Shown here: positions 29,315 to 40,000 of the stretch, in pieces | Layout of the letters: the number at the start of each line of letters is the position of its first letter | Numbering within the stretch: position 1 is the stretch's first letter | Source: Candidatus Helarchaeota archaeon | GTDB taxonomy: Archaea; Asgardarchaeota; Lokiarchaeia; Helarchaeales; RDOG01 | Direction: 5' to 3' | Assembly: GCA_019058315.1 (NCBI GenBank) | Contig: JAHPZH010000002.1 | Span: 640,001-704,000, forward strand | DNA length: 64,000 bases | Program-made: the position numbers and the translations under genes | Notes under the pieces: generated by a model | What the model was told of the DNA's origin: nothing | The model's input: the letters and a program-made list of their open reading frames with translations, nothing else | Databases searched by the model: none

Positions 29315-29848
29315 GTGAGTGTCATGTCAAGAAGTTTAGATGATTATTTGAATAAACCTACAGATGATGAAGCAGTTCCGTTTTATCATATTACAGCAAA
29401 TGATATTGATTTCAAAGTTCTTCCATTATTAATCTTATCATCTTATTTGAGAGGAGATGAAGAATTTTCAATTAAATTTGATAAAGCTCCAACAAGTTCT
29501 CAATTTGAAAAAATATCCTCTGTGGTTTCTAGACTCCCTGGGTTAGAAATTACATATATCACCATTAAAGAAATTTTTATAAAATATATTGCCTCCTATG
29601 AAGAACTGGATTTATCAAAAGTCGATAAATCATGGATAAATTTACTTTTAGAAGCATCAGAATTCGTGATACAAAAAAATAGTAAGGAATTACCTAAAAA
29701 AACACAGTCCCAATATTTTCAGTATAGAAAACGGGCTGAAAAATTATTCTTAAAAAGAAATTTGGAAGGGCATTCTAAATTCTTTGTAAAATTGATTCTA
29801 GAAAATATTTTAAATATTATTGGCGAAGTCTGGAATTCATTCCATTAA
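29315..29848 (+). CDS. Hypothetical protein resembling the middle domain of archaeal PhoU-type phosphate-uptake regulators
   Basis: LILSSYLRGDEEFSI...VSRLPGLEI pattern. Confidence 0.5.
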   Translation: MSVMSRSLDDYLNKPTDDEAVPFYHITANDIDFKVLPLLILSSYLRGDEEFSIKFDKAPTSSQFEKISSVVSRLPGLEITYITIKEIFIKYIASYEELDLSKVDKSWINLLLEASEFVIQKNSKELPKKTQSQYFQYRKRAEKLFLKRNLEGHSKFFVKLILENILNIIGEVWNSFH

Positions 29849-29979
29849 ATATTTTATACTTGCTTTGAAAATTTAGTAGAAATTCTCCTTTGAACCCTTC
29901 ACCAATTATGATTTATTTATTTGATTCTAAAAAATTTATTAAATTAATTAGATTTTAATATTAGATTTCGTATTTTTTC

Positions 29980-30378
29980 TTGAGGAAAATGACTATTGTT
30001 CATCGTAAATATTTAGTAAGTTACGGGGGACCGCCGTGGGTCCTAGGATATTATAAGAAATTATTGGATAATCCCCCTTGTAAAAAACCGGGAGATAAAA
30101 GAAGTAAAGAATTTTCATATGAATTTGAAACAATTCGAGGACCAAAAAATATTATTTATCTCCATCTTGTAGGTATAGACAAAGATCTGGATGAAACAGA
30201 AAGGCAACTTGCGAAATTTAAAATCGCCAGAATCGAAAACGAAAATGAATTAATCCTTATATTAGATGCAACGTATACATTTTCTAATTCTATTAATCTC
30301 TTTTTAGAATTTTGTAAAGAACAAAATTTCATTATAACAGGGCAACAAATTCATAAAAGAGAAATTAAAAGAATTTAG
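29980..30378 (+). CDS. Hypothetical protein
   Basis: 132-codon ORF with normal composition; no recognisable motif. Confidence 0.55.
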   Translation: MRKMTIVHRKYLVSYGGPPWVLGYYKKLLDNPPCKKPGDKRSKEFSYEFETIRGPKNIIYLHLVGIDKDLDETERQLAKFKIARIENENELILILDATYTFSNSINLFLEFCKEQNFIITGQQIHKREIKRI

Positions 30379-30412
30379 AATCTATTTTTATAATATATAA
30401 AATTAATCATTC

Positions 30413-30745
30413 CTAATAGTTCCCAAGCCAGCCTAAATCGTTTTTATTTTCGTCTAAAATATTTACTTTTGTAGTTACACGTTTTTCTTCATCGTCTTGA
30501 TAATGAATTAAATGCTGGAGACGGATATAAAAAATATTTTGACAATTTAAACATTGAATTTTGTAATCTATAGTGCGTTTTTCTCCTTTTTCATGTGTAA
30601 CTTTATCTTGCTCGATTTTTTCAAGTAATTTCAATCTTGATTGATTAGGATTACCACATTTTGAACACTGTTTTGGATTAATCGGATCAAATCCCCGACG
30701 ACCCAAAGAAACTTTAATTTGATTAGGAATCTCGTCCAAACTCAT
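30413..30745 (-). CDS. Small zinc-finger protein
   Basis: CSKC...CLNC pair. Confidence 0.65.
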   Translation of the reverse strand: MSLDEIPNQIKVSLGRRGFDPINPKQCSKCGNPNQSRLKLLEKIEQDKVTHEKGEKRTIDYKIQCLNCQNIFYIRLQHLIHYQDDEEKRVTTKVNILDENKNDLGWLGNY

Positions 30746-31061
30746 TTAAAACTCATTCCTTGTTTAAAAGTCTCATTAAAATCTAAACTATCAAATTAAT
30801 AAAAACATTTGGATCGCTTCTTTTTTATAGAAAATGTAATAGAATAACCCGCCTATATGAATTAATAAGAATTTAAAGATAATTTTGCTTTAAGATAAGT
30901 ATAACGAAAAATTTGCTTATAGTATTTCTTATAAATCTATGAAAGGACTATGCGTTGATAATCTTATATGTGAATTTTATATTAGGTATTAGATAAAAAA
31001 ATTTTTATTCATCATTATAATCCGTTAGTTAGAAATAGAATCCTATCAAAGGTGTAAAGAA

Positions 31062-32669
31062 ATGAGTAAAGTACCCGATTATAATGAAATTAATGCTGAA
31101 ATAGTTGAAAAATTGAAGGCAATTGTCGGTGAAGAATTTGTAATGTGGGACAATAAACCAATGATGTATAGCTATATGTCTCGCGGTATTATGGGAATCC
31201 GCGCTGGTCCTCCCGATTGTGTGGTAAGACCTGCAAATAAGGAAGAAATTCATGACATCCTAATGTTATGCTCAGAAAACAAAATCCCTGTAACTCCTAT
31301 GGCTGGGGGATTATCTGGTGGTTTTGCTTTGCCTTTATTAGAAAATGGTGGAGTATTACTCGAATGTTCAAGAATGAATAAGATTATTGAAGTAAACACT
31401 GACGCAAGATATGTAATTGTAGAACCCGGTGTTCGAGCTGGAGAAGTATGGGCTTATTTTAAAAAATATTACCCTGATTGGGCTCCTCCAATCGCTGATG
31501 GTGCGCCACCTGCAGCGACGATAATGGGCGATGCTATAGAAAGAGGTTTTTCTTTAGTTACAAGCCGTTTTGGTCCTCAAGCAGATATGGTGATGGGAAT
31601 GGAAATAGTGTTACCAACAGGTGATATCATAAGAACTGGCTCATGGGGTCTTGGTGGAGTTGATGAAGATAAACAAGGTGAAAAGAAAGATGGTCACGCT
31701 ATGCCATACTATAAATATGGCCTTGGTCCTGATCTTCATTCATTATTCTTTGGTTCCCAAGGTGCAATGGGCGTAGTTACAAAAGCTGCTTTAAAAATAG
31801 TACCTCATTGTCATTTTAAAACTGTGAAAGTTTATGGTTTTGATAATTGGTATGATGCACAAGAAGCAACATTAGCGGCTTCTAAATATGAGTGTGGAAT
31901 TTCGGATCATTTAGTAATGGTTCAAGGTGGAAATTGGTGGCTTGTACCTACAAGATACCAAAAAGAAAAAATTCCATATACTTATGACTATTGGAAAACT
32001 CTTGGATTCTTTGAATATCAATTAAATCTTGAAGTTTGGGCTCATTCGCAAGAAGAATTAGATTTTGTCACTAAAAAATTAGATGAAATCGTATTGGAAC
32101 AATATACTAAGAAGGCTAAAGGAAAAATTTCGGAACAAAAATTACATCCCATACAAATCGCTAGTCGTCTTAAAAAACCGAATAAAATAGCAATTCCATA
32201 TGGTCAATGGGAGCAAGGTTTTATATTCGTAACGTGGTATACCCCTTGGGCTGACGCTGCTGAATGTATGGAAAAATACTGTGCAACAATGGAAAAACAC
32301 AAATTCCCACCTGTCATGTGGTTTGCTAGTATAGATCACTGCAGAGAATGTATTATAATGCCTATATTCTGTTTTGATACACGAAAAATAGAAGATTATG
32401 AACGGTTTGAAGCTTGTGAAGATGAATTCACAGATTGGGCATTAAAACGGGGTTTTGTCAATTATAGACCAAATCCAACGATACATGCACCAAAATCATA
32501 TGCAAAAGCTCCAACAGAATTCAAATTATTAAGACAAATTAAAAAAATTATTGATCCAAACATGATAATGCACCCTGGCAGGCTTGCATTTCTAGCTGGC
32601 GTTGAAAAACCTGAAGATATTCCTCAACATATTGTTGGATTTAGAAAATCCAAAAAACAGGAGGCTTAA
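31062..32669 (+). CDS. FAD-binding oxidoreductase, GlcD/D-lactate dehydrogenase (VAO/PCMH) family
   Basis: PDCVVRP, IPVTPMAGG, RMNKIIEVN, GMEIVLPTG, GSQGAMGVVTK and IKKIIDPNMIMHPG. Confidence 0.88.
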   Translation: MSKVPDYNEINAEIVEKLKAIVGEEFVMWDNKPMMYSYMSRGIMGIRAGPPDCVVRPANKEEIHDILMLCSENKIPVTPMAGGLSGGFALPLLENGGVLLECSRMNKIIEVNTDARYVIVEPGVRAGEVWAYFKKYYPDWAPPIADGAPPAATIMGDAIERGFSLVTSRFGPQADMVMGMEIVLPTGDIIRTGSWGLGGVDEDKQGEKKDGHAMPYYKYGLGPDLHSLFFGSQGAMGVVTKAALKIVPHCHFKTVKVYGFDNWYDAQEATLAASKYECGISDHLVMVQGGNWWLVPTRYQKEKIPYTYDYWKTLGFFEYQLNLEVWAHSQEELDFVTKKLDEIVLEQYTKKAKGKISEQKLHPIQIASRLKKPNKIAIPYGQWEQGFIFVTWYTPWADAAECMEKYCATMEKHKFPPVMWFASIDHCRECIIMPIFCFDTRKIEDYERFEACEDEFTDWALKRGFVNYRPNPTIHAPKSYAKAPTEFKLLRQIKKIIDPNMIMHPGRLAFLAGVEKPEDIPQHIVGFRKSKKQEA

Positions 32670-32671
32670 AC

Positions 32672-34177
32672 TTGACTGAGATTAAAGAAAAAGTAGGCGG
32701 AAAGAAAAGATTAGAAGAATTAAAAGCAGAACTTTATCGTTGCATCCATTGCAGAGCTTGCCGCTTTTCGTATAGTGGAGAACCTGACAGAAAAGGAATA
32801 GGTGAACACAAAGGAGTACTATATGAAGGTATGCTTGATGGATGTCCCGCAGGTCATCATTTTGGATGGGAAGGATTTTGGAATGCTGGAAGAATGTGGA
32901 TGGCTAGGGCAGTTTTAGAAGGAGACTTGGACCTTGAAGATGAAAAAACAAAACAACAGATGTATGAGATTCTTTTTAGATGTCCAACTTGTGGTAATTG
33001 TAGTATGCAATGCGAAAATAATCTTCCTACAGTCGATATAAACGAAGCTCTTAGGGCTTGTTTATATGAGGCTGGAGTTGAAATGCTCCCAAAACATTCG
33101 GGTTTAAGAAAATTAATAGATGCAAAAAATAATCCTTATAATGAAGAACATTCTCAACGTACAGATTGGGTTCCTGATAAGGCTGTGATTGATGATCCTG
33201 ATGCAAAAATTGCTTATTATGTAGGATGTACTGCATCATACAGAATGAAAGCCATGGCTAACGCAACTGTCGAACTTCTTAATAAATTAGTTAAAAAGGG
33301 AATAATTCCAAAATATACTATATTAACTGATGAAGTATGTTGTGGCAGTGTAGTATTTAGAACTGGACAATGGGATGTTGCAAAAAAAGTAGCTAATGAA
33401 AATATTAAGAATTTCAATAAATTTGAAAAAGTTTTATTCAGTTGTGCAGGATGCCACCGAACTTTTAAAATTGATTATCCAAAATTTGGAGAACAGCCAC
33501 CCAAGTATCAAGCTCTACATGTGGTTGAATTTTTAGCCGATTACCTGACTATTCACTGTCCTGCTTGTGGTAAATATAATGATCTAGGTTCTGAACACTG
33601 TGGAAACGATTTTTGTCCTAAATACTCAAAAAATGGGGAAAAATTCCCACCAGAATTAACCGAAAATAAAATAATAATTACAAAAAAATGGGATAAAGGT
33701 CCAGTTACTTGGCATGATCCATGCCATACAATAAGACACATGTGTCACTCATTAAAAGATGAAGCAATTGAACAAACAACTGGTGAAGGTAATGATAACA
33801 TGTGGAAAGTTTATGTACCCTCAATATTCGAAAGACAACGTTGGATAGAAATGCCCCGTGCAATTATGCGAGCAATTCCAGGACTTGAACTTAAGGAAAT
33901 GTATAGAATTGGCGAAAATTCTCTATGCTGTGGTGCTGGTGGAGGTGTTAAAGCTGGTTATCCCGACTTTGCTTGGGATTGTGCAAACGAAAGACTTGAA
34001 GAAGCCGATGCGACGGGTGCAGGAATCGTTATGACCATGTGTCCATTCTGCGAATTAAACATGGGTCAAGCTGCACGTGAAGGTAAGGATGGAAGTCCTG
34101 AAGGTGCATCCGTTGGTGGTAAATATAAAGGTAAAGTTTTGGATCTATTAGAAGTCTTAAATGAAATGATAGATTAA
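32672..34177 (+). CDS. HdrD/GlpC-like Fe-S oxidoreductase (two ferredoxin motifs plus two CCG domains)
   Basis: RCIHCRAC, RCPTCGNCSMQC, YYVGC, VCCGS, SCAGC, WHDPCH, CCGAGGG and CPFC. Confidence 0.88.
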   Translation: MTEIKEKVGGKKRLEELKAELYRCIHCRACRFSYSGEPDRKGIGEHKGVLYEGMLDGCPAGHHFGWEGFWNAGRMWMARAVLEGDLDLEDEKTKQQMYEILFRCPTCGNCSMQCENNLPTVDINEALRACLYEAGVEMLPKHSGLRKLIDAKNNPYNEEHSQRTDWVPDKAVIDDPDAKIAYYVGCTASYRMKAMANATVELLNKLVKKGIIPKYTILTDEVCCGSVVFRTGQWDVAKKVANENIKNFNKFEKVLFSCAGCHRTFKIDYPKFGEQPPKYQALHVVEFLADYLTIHCPACGKYNDLGSEHCGNDFCPKYSKNGEKFPPELTENKIIITKKWDKGPVTWHDPCHTIRHMCHSLKDEAIEQTTGEGNDNMWKVYVPSIFERQRWIEMPRAIMRAIPGLELKEMYRIGENSLCCGAGGGVKAGYPDFAWDCANERLEEADATGAGIVMTMCPFCELNMGQAAREGKDGSPEGASVGGKYKGKVLDLLEVLNEMID

Positions 34178-34288
34178 ATCTTTTTCACTTTTTTTCTCTA
34201 TTTTTTTAAAATTCGATTAAAATAACTAAAATTAAACATACTTTAATGTTAAATTGTAATATAGGGATATTACATCATTTAATATCGC

Positions 34289-34507
34289 TTGATCATAACC
34301 AAAACAATCATGAATATAATTAAGACTGGTTCACTCCTAATTTCAGGAAGGGTATCTAAAGAAAAAATAGCAATTCTTACTGAAAATTTTGAGAATTATC
34401 TTAATAAGAATTATAAAATCATTGCAAAACTTCCAAATCCTGAAGGAAATGCTGCAATGAGAAAAAATTTTCAAATTCTCTATTATTTACAACATAAAAA
34501 AAGATAA
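34289..34507 (+). CDS. Short hypothetical protein
   Basis: 72-codon ORF with no motif. Confidence 0.35.
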   Translation: MIITKTIMNIIKTGSLLISGRVSKEKIAILTENFENYLNKNYKIIAKLPNPEGNAAMRKNFQILYYLQHKKR

Positions 34508-34582
34508 AAATTATCTAAACAATTCAGTATTATTAAGATAGCTCCTTAATTTCTATTTAGTAGTGATATTGAATAATATTAT

Positions 34583-35659
34583 TTGGAAACCCTTATGAAT
34601 AAAATTAAAAGTAAAAAAGAAAAACGAGCAATAGAGGAGCTAAAACAAAATTATATCTTCTATGATTCACAATATTCAGTCGATAATAAGGGTTATATAA
34701 GCGTAATAAAATTAGAAAGTGTAGGAGTAAATGAAATTCCCGTGCTTATTGAAGAATTTCCTCATTTAAAAGAATTATGGCTAAATGGCAATAAAGAAAT
34801 CCCTAAAATAGAGGGATTAGAAGAACTTATTCACTTAAAACTGTTAAATCTTAGTGATAATCAGATAAATAAGATAGAAGGATTAGAAAATCTCACCGAA
34901 TTAAAATCTTTATACCTTTTTGGCAATCAAGTAAAAAAAATTGAGGGATTAGAAAATCTTTCACAATTGGAAGATTTATCTCTTGGGATGAATCAAATTA
35001 CAAAAATAGAGCGGTTAGAGCACCTTTTACAATTAAAGGACTTAGATCTTTATTTAAACCAAATTATGAAAATAGAGGGGCTAGAAAAACTTACTAAATT
35101 AGAAAAACTGAATTTGACTGATAATCAAATATCAAAAATTGAAGGATTAGAGAATAATTCTCAATTAGAACGATTAGATATTAGTTATAATTATATTTAT
35201 AAATTAGATGGTTTAAATAACCTCACCAATTTACAAGAATTAAATCTTTATGGAAATAGAATAACGAAGATAGAGGGATTAGAAAAACTATCTAAATTAA
35301 AATCATTAGATCTTAATCATAATCTAATCACAAAAATAGAAGGTTTACATAATCTGACAAACTTGGAGACTTTATTTCTTCATAATAATAAAATAAAAAG
35401 AATTACTGGTCTCGGAAATCTCTCACAACTAAAAATTTTAAGGTTGGATGAAAACCCCTTATTTAAAGAGGAAGAAAAAATAAGTCGCCAAAGACCATTT
35501 GAATTAGTTGAATATTGTAGTAAGAAAGTAAAAATACTAGTTAAAAAACTAGAAATATTACAATCAAAAATTAACAGCCGTGGTTTAAAACTAGCGGATT
35601 ATCAAGAAATCGAGAAACATATAGAGGAGTTAGATAGAAAGATAAATGATTTAACTTAA
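34583..35659 (+). CDS. SDS22-like leucine-rich repeat protein with a C-terminal coiled coil
   Basis: About 11 repeats of LxxLxLxxNQIxKIEGLExLxx (22 aa). Confidence 0.92.
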   Translation: METLMNKIKSKKEKRAIEELKQNYIFYDSQYSVDNKGYISVIKLESVGVNEIPVLIEEFPHLKELWLNGNKEIPKIEGLEELIHLKLLNLSDNQINKIEGLENLTELKSLYLFGNQVKKIEGLENLSQLEDLSLGMNQITKIERLEHLLQLKDLDLYLNQIMKIEGLEKLTKLEKLNLTDNQISKIEGLENNSQLERLDISYNYIYKLDGLNNLTNLQELNLYGNRITKIEGLEKLSKLKSLDLNHNLITKIEGLHNLTNLETLFLHNNKIKRITGLGNLSQLKILRLDENPLFKEEEKISRQRPFELVEYCSKKVKILVKKLEILQSKINSRGLKLADYQEIEKHIEELDRKINDLT

Positions 35660-35693
35660 AGAATAGAAATTCATTAGATTAAGAGCTAAAGGA

Positions 35694-37334
35694 CTACTCA
35701 AAAACTTCTTTTATCAACTCACCCGCTGTTTCAAAGATTTTTACGTTTCCTTTCCAAGAATCTAACTCACTTTTAAATTTTAATTCAAATTTTAAAGTAA
35801 ATAATTTCAAAGTCTTTGAAATACTTTCAGTTGGACTGCCTTTTAATATTAAAGCACCTCTAACTTTATCTCTTTCTTCAATTACAATTTCAAAGTTCTT
35901 ATATGCTAATTTCGTCATCGAAGTTTCTTCATGAGCTAATTCTGAACCAAAACTTTGAATTCCTGTCAACAAACCACTTATCAGATTAGGATTTAGGGCT
36001 TTTTCTTTAAAATTATGTTCAAATAAAGATAAACCAGATTCTTTTTCAATAATCATTAAATATTCTAGAATTTTTTTATTGTATCTTTTTTCACAATTTT
36101 CAATCAATTGATATTTTTCTTCTATAAGTTCATTACATTGTTTTATTTGAGTTTTTTGTTCTGGAAAAGCTTGTTCGTAAGTTATTAAATTATTACAAGC
36201 AATTTGGTTCAATTCAGATAACCAGTTCAATATCTTAAATTCAAGTTCAATGCTTTCTTTTTCTGGAATGATCATTTCCTCTTGATATATTTTTTCTAGA
36301 TCTTTAATTAATTCGTTTGATTTTTCGATTATAGAAGATTCGGCAAAAGCTTTCTCTATTTTAGATTTAATTTCCTTAACTAGAATTAAGATTTCACCAA
36401 TTGTCCATTGTTCTTCGCAATAGTTAAATAATGTATTAATTCTTTGGATAATTTCGTTTGAATCAAGAATTTTTTGACTAATTTTTTCAATTTTTCCTTC
36501 AATTTTTAAGGCAGTTTCAAATGCTATATTTATTAGATTTTTTAAATATGCTAAAAATCCAGTAGCTTGTTTAAGATCTTTCGTCCAAACAGTCAAATAT
36601 GCATTTTTATTGTCAACTTTTGATTCGATAATCATTAAATCATTTGTAACCTTTGCAATTCCTGAATATAATCCCATTAATTCCCCGATAACTACTTCGG
36701 ACAAATCTAAGGCTGAAATTTGACCAATCATTAAATCAAATGCAGAGTTTTCATCAATAGTGAAAGGAATTTTAGCAGTCCCTTTTTTTAGATCCTTTTT
36801 AAGAGATTCAATTTCAGAGATTGTTGAATTTCTAGGTTCTACAAGAGGACATTTAATCCAAATTTCTTTTGGTGGAATAGCTAAAGAATGGGGATTTCCG
36901 AAGGGATCTATAAAAGTGCAGGAACCAAAAAGTTTTGACTTTCCACATGTTGAAGGAATTAGTTCAAAATCAACTCCTCTCGATTCATTAGGTTTTAATA
37001 TAGCAATATCCTTGATTCTTTCTAAAATTTCGTACTGTTCAGCTGGAATTAATGTGACACTTATATCTGTCAAAACAGTATTTGAAATATTTTGAACTGC
37101 TATTTTAAAACGAATAGCTCCTCCAACGTAATCATATGCCCTTGCAATTTTAATTAAGGAAGTGTCTGTTTCTTTTTTAGTAGGTTCTGTTGGTTTAGTT
37201 TCTGGAGTTTTAATTAATGTTTTTGGTGATTTTTCCGCAATTAAATCTATAATTTCTGAAATATCTTTAGAATTATCACGTTTTTGAGATTTTTTTTCCT
37301 CTGGATCTTCGTCCAACTTAGAATCCTTCTTCAA
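35694..37334 (-). CDS. Asgard-type multidomain protein: Ig-like/appendage-like domain, helical region and C-terminal longin-like domain
   Basis: YDYVGGAIRFKIAVQN beta-sandwich pattern; C-terminal LMIIEKESGLSLFEHNF...LISGLLTGIQSFGSEL. Confidence 0.6.
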   Translation of the reverse strand: MKKDSKLDEDPEEKKSQKRDNSKDISEIIDLIAEKSPKTLIKTPETKPTEPTKKETDTSLIKIARAYDYVGGAIRFKIAVQNISNTVLTDISVTLIPAEQYEILERIKDIAILKPNESRGVDFELIPSTCGKSKLFGSCTFIDPFGNPHSLAIPPKEIWIKCPLVEPRNSTISEIESLKKDLKKGTAKIPFTIDENSAFDLMIGQISALDLSEVVIGELMGLYSGIAKVTNDLMIIESKVDNKNAYLTVWTKDLKQATGFLAYLKNLINIAFETALKIEGKIEKISQKILDSNEIIQRINTLFNYCEEQWTIGEILILVKEIKSKIEKAFAESSIIEKSNELIKDLEKIYQEEMIIPEKESIELEFKILNWLSELNQIACNNLITYEQAFPEQKTQIKQCNELIEEKYQLIENCEKRYNKKILEYLMIIEKESGLSLFEHNFKEKALNPNLISGLLTGIQSFGSELAHEETSMTKLAYKNFEIVIEERDKVRGALILKGSPTESISKTLKLFTLKFELKFKSELDSWKGNVKIFETAGELIKEVFE

Positions 37335-38058
37335 TTGTTTCCTTTATCCGTTCCTCTAATTTATTTGGAGGGGCCATAACAAAACGACAATGTTTATGGT
37401 TCATTGCTCTACATTTAATTTCTTGGGAATCTAGCTCCAATCCAAAAGATACACTACACCATCCTGCACTATAACCACAATTCCATAAACAAATCGGTGT
37501 TTTTGATGTTGCCCCATTTTTTCGTATATAAACATCTGCTTCGAAACTTTGAGGATGATCATAACGAAGTAAATAATTCTCATTTGGTTCAGGATTAGAT
37601 GGAAGAAAAGAAACACGCGCATTACCTGTGAAAGCAAAATGGACGGGACCAGCTGAGAGTTTTGCTATCGGATCTGTTAAACCAATAGCATAAATAAATC
37701 GTCTTGCATCGCTTTGTCCAACAAATTTTGCTAATCGATAATAAAGTGTGTTAACCCTTTCAACAGGAATTTTTAAATCTTGGCTTAAAGCAAAGGGAAT
37801 GTTTTGAAATGATTCAGCACTTATTAGTAAGTATCTATGCCCTCCAATATGAATAGTTCCCTTTGTAGGATCCCATTCTATATTATCAAAAAATTTTGCT
37901 ACATTTTCCTCAGCTTTGGAAAATAATGGTTCGAATTCAGGTGGAACATCTACTGTTTGAACCTCATTCTCCCTCGAAGGTGGTGGAATATAGGGTCCAG
38001 ATTTAATAGCATCAGCTATATCTATATCCTTTTCTTTACGACGAAACCATTTAGGCAC
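37318..38058 (-). CDS. Stand-alone XylR-N/V4R domain protein
   Basis: DPTKGTIHIGGHRYLL, SFEA, PICLWNCGYSAGW and EIKCRAMNHKHCRFV. Confidence 0.85.
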   Translation of the reverse strand: MPKWFRRKEKDIDIADAIKSGPYIPPPSRENEVQTVDVPPEFEPLFSKAEENVAKFFDNIEWDPTKGTIHIGGHRYLLISAESFQNIPFALSQDLKIPVERVNTLYYRLAKFVGQSDARRFIYAIGLTDPIAKLSAGPVHFAFTGNARVSFLPSNPEPNENYLLRYDHPQSFEADVYIRKNGATSKTPICLWNCGYSAGWCSVSFGLELDSQEIKCRAMNHKHCRFVMAPPNKLEERIKETIEEGF

Positions 38059-38317
38059 AATATAACCCCAAAATTATTTTATTTTTACCTTAACTAATCT
38101 AAAAGAAGTATTCTTTTACTGGATTAGTTTATTCTATTTATAATAGTGATTTTTTGTGTATTATTTAGGAGGATTCAATATAAATATATGTAATAATATG
38201 TATTGACTCCTAATTTATTTTTACCCAGCCTCTATTACTTTAAATCAATTACAATATGCTACATATATTTAGATAATTTTAAGAAACAAAATTTTTATTG
38301 AATTAAAAAGTGGATAT

Positions 38318-40000
38318 TTAAGAAGATAATACTGCTAAAATTTTCTTCCAATAATACTCATTCTCCCAATTTTCGTTATTTTTTATTTTTTGAGATATTT
38401 CATGTAATACATCCCTGAACTTTAACGAATCAATATAATTTATTTTTGGAGCTATAATTCCTAACATATACGGACGTTCTTTCCCTCTAAAGTTCGGATC
38501 GGGTAAAGCATCAAAGAAAATGTAACCATCCATTTTGATATTTTCTATATTTAGTAAAATTCCCTGAGCCTCAGTAATATAGGCTTGACCATAAATAGAA
38601 CTAATTGCATTGTATAATTGAAATCCTATATCATTAATAGGAAAAGGGAATTTGTGTTCTTTTGGAAAATAATCTTTCAAATATGGACCCATTTTATCAT
38701 GCCAATCCATTAAAAATAATATTAAACTACTCTTTTCTTGATTCGAAATTGAAGGTTTGATTTCTATCTTTAATGATGAAAATAACTCTTTCATTTTTCT
38801 ATTAACCATTTGAATTTGCCTATTTCTTTTTTCTTGAGCCCGTTTCTGAGATGTAATATCAATTATTACCCCTCCTAATCCAATAAGTTCACCGCCTTTA
38901 TAAATTCGTCGAATATGAATCCTAGCCCAAAATTTTGACCCACCCTTTTTTTCCATTAAGTACTCTTTTGAGGTTAAATTTTTTCTTTTAAAACTAGAAT
39001 TAATATATGTCAAAGCTCTAGTTCTATCCTTAATGGATAAGAATTTTGAAAAATTTAATCCATCCTTAAACTCTTCATTCGAATAACCAAATTTTTCGAA
39101 TCCGCTTTTATTTATATAAACAAAATTTAAATTTTGATCAATTTCAAAAACTATACTTGGGAGTAAATCTAAGGTTTCTCTGTATTTTTCTTCAGATCTT
39201 TTTAACTTTTCTTCTGCAATATTTTGTTCGATTCTAAACTTCAATCGTTTTCCAATATCTTTTAATAATTTCTGTTCTTCTTCAAGAAATGGTCTATCCT
39301 CTAAATAAAAAACTTCAAGAATCATTAATTGGTCTGCTATTTCTATTTTAGATGTTATTTTCCATCCTGTTTCTTTGAATATTATTAATTTATATTCTTT
39401 ATCTCTATATATAATTCTCGTAGAAATTAATTTTGGATATTGAAAACCTGATGGGATTACACCAAGAATTTTGTAAATTAGTTCATCTAATGAAATATTG
39501 GGTTTATCAAGGATATTAGAAACTTTAAATATCGCATTTAACTTTTTAATTCGTTCTTGAAGCTTTTTTCCACTTTTAACTAACCTTAATTCTGCTCTTT
39601 TCTTTTTAGTTAACTCTATAAATATGACTAAAAGAGCTTTTTTTCTATTATAAATGACAAAATTAGTGTATATTTCAACCCATTTTATTTTTCCAGATTT
39701 AGTAATAATTTGTTCAATATAATATTTAATAAAATCCCTCCCTGTACGCATTATTTTTTTTGACCTTTCTATAATAACCGGTTTATCTTGAGGAAGAAAT
39801 ATTTTATAAAATTCATTTTTCGACCATTTAAGAATTTCTTTTACCGAATATCCCAGTAATTTTGCTATTGGGTTATTTGCATATTTGACTACATTATCTT
39901 GAATAATAAAAATTCCTACGGGAATTTTGCTGCTAATTATTTTAAACTTCTCTTCTGATTCTCCTAATTTTTCTTTCAAATTTTTTAATTCAATATTCAT
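38318..40000 (-). CDS. PAS-domain sensor (two PAS/PAC plus a GAF-like segment) with a C-terminal uDENN/longin-like domain
   Basis: ESEEKFK..PVGIFIIQD and SEEKYRE..PSIVFEID PAS starts; tail LILFLMDWHDKMGPYLKDYFP; no histidine kinase domain. Confidence 0.75.
   Translation of the reverse strand: MNIELKNLKEKLGESEEKFKIISSKIPVGIFIIQDNVVKYANNPIAKLLGYSVKEILKWSKNEFYKIFLPQDKPVIIERSKKIMRTGRDFIKYYIEQIITKSGKIKWVEIYTNFVIYNRKKALLVIFIELTKKKRAELRLVKSGKKLQERIKKLNAIFKVSNILDKPNISLDELIYKILGVIPSGFQYPKLISTRIIYRDKEYKLIIFKETGWKITSKIEIADQLMILEVFYLEDRPFLEEEQKLLKDIGKRLKFRIEQNIAEEKLKRSEEKYRETLDLLPSIVFEIDQNLNFVYINKSGFEKFGYSNEEFKDGLNFSKFLSIKDRTRALTYINSSFKRKNLTSKEYLMEKKGGSKFWARIHIRRIYKGGELIGLGGVIIDITSQKRAQEKRNRQIQMVNRKMKELFSSLKIEIKPSISNQEKSSLILFLMDWHDKMGPYLKDYFPKEHKFPFPINDIGFQLYNAISSIYGQAYITEAQGILLNIENIKMDGYIFFDALPDPNFRGKERPYMLGIIAPKINYIDSLKFRDVLHEISQKIKNNENWENEYYWKKILAVLSS

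Noticed and set aside
34760-35460. CRISPR-like periodic repeats (aaaatagagggattagaa at ~66-nt spacing)
   Set aside because: The periodicity is the 22-aa LRR coding repeat; there is no spacer structure and no cas gene.
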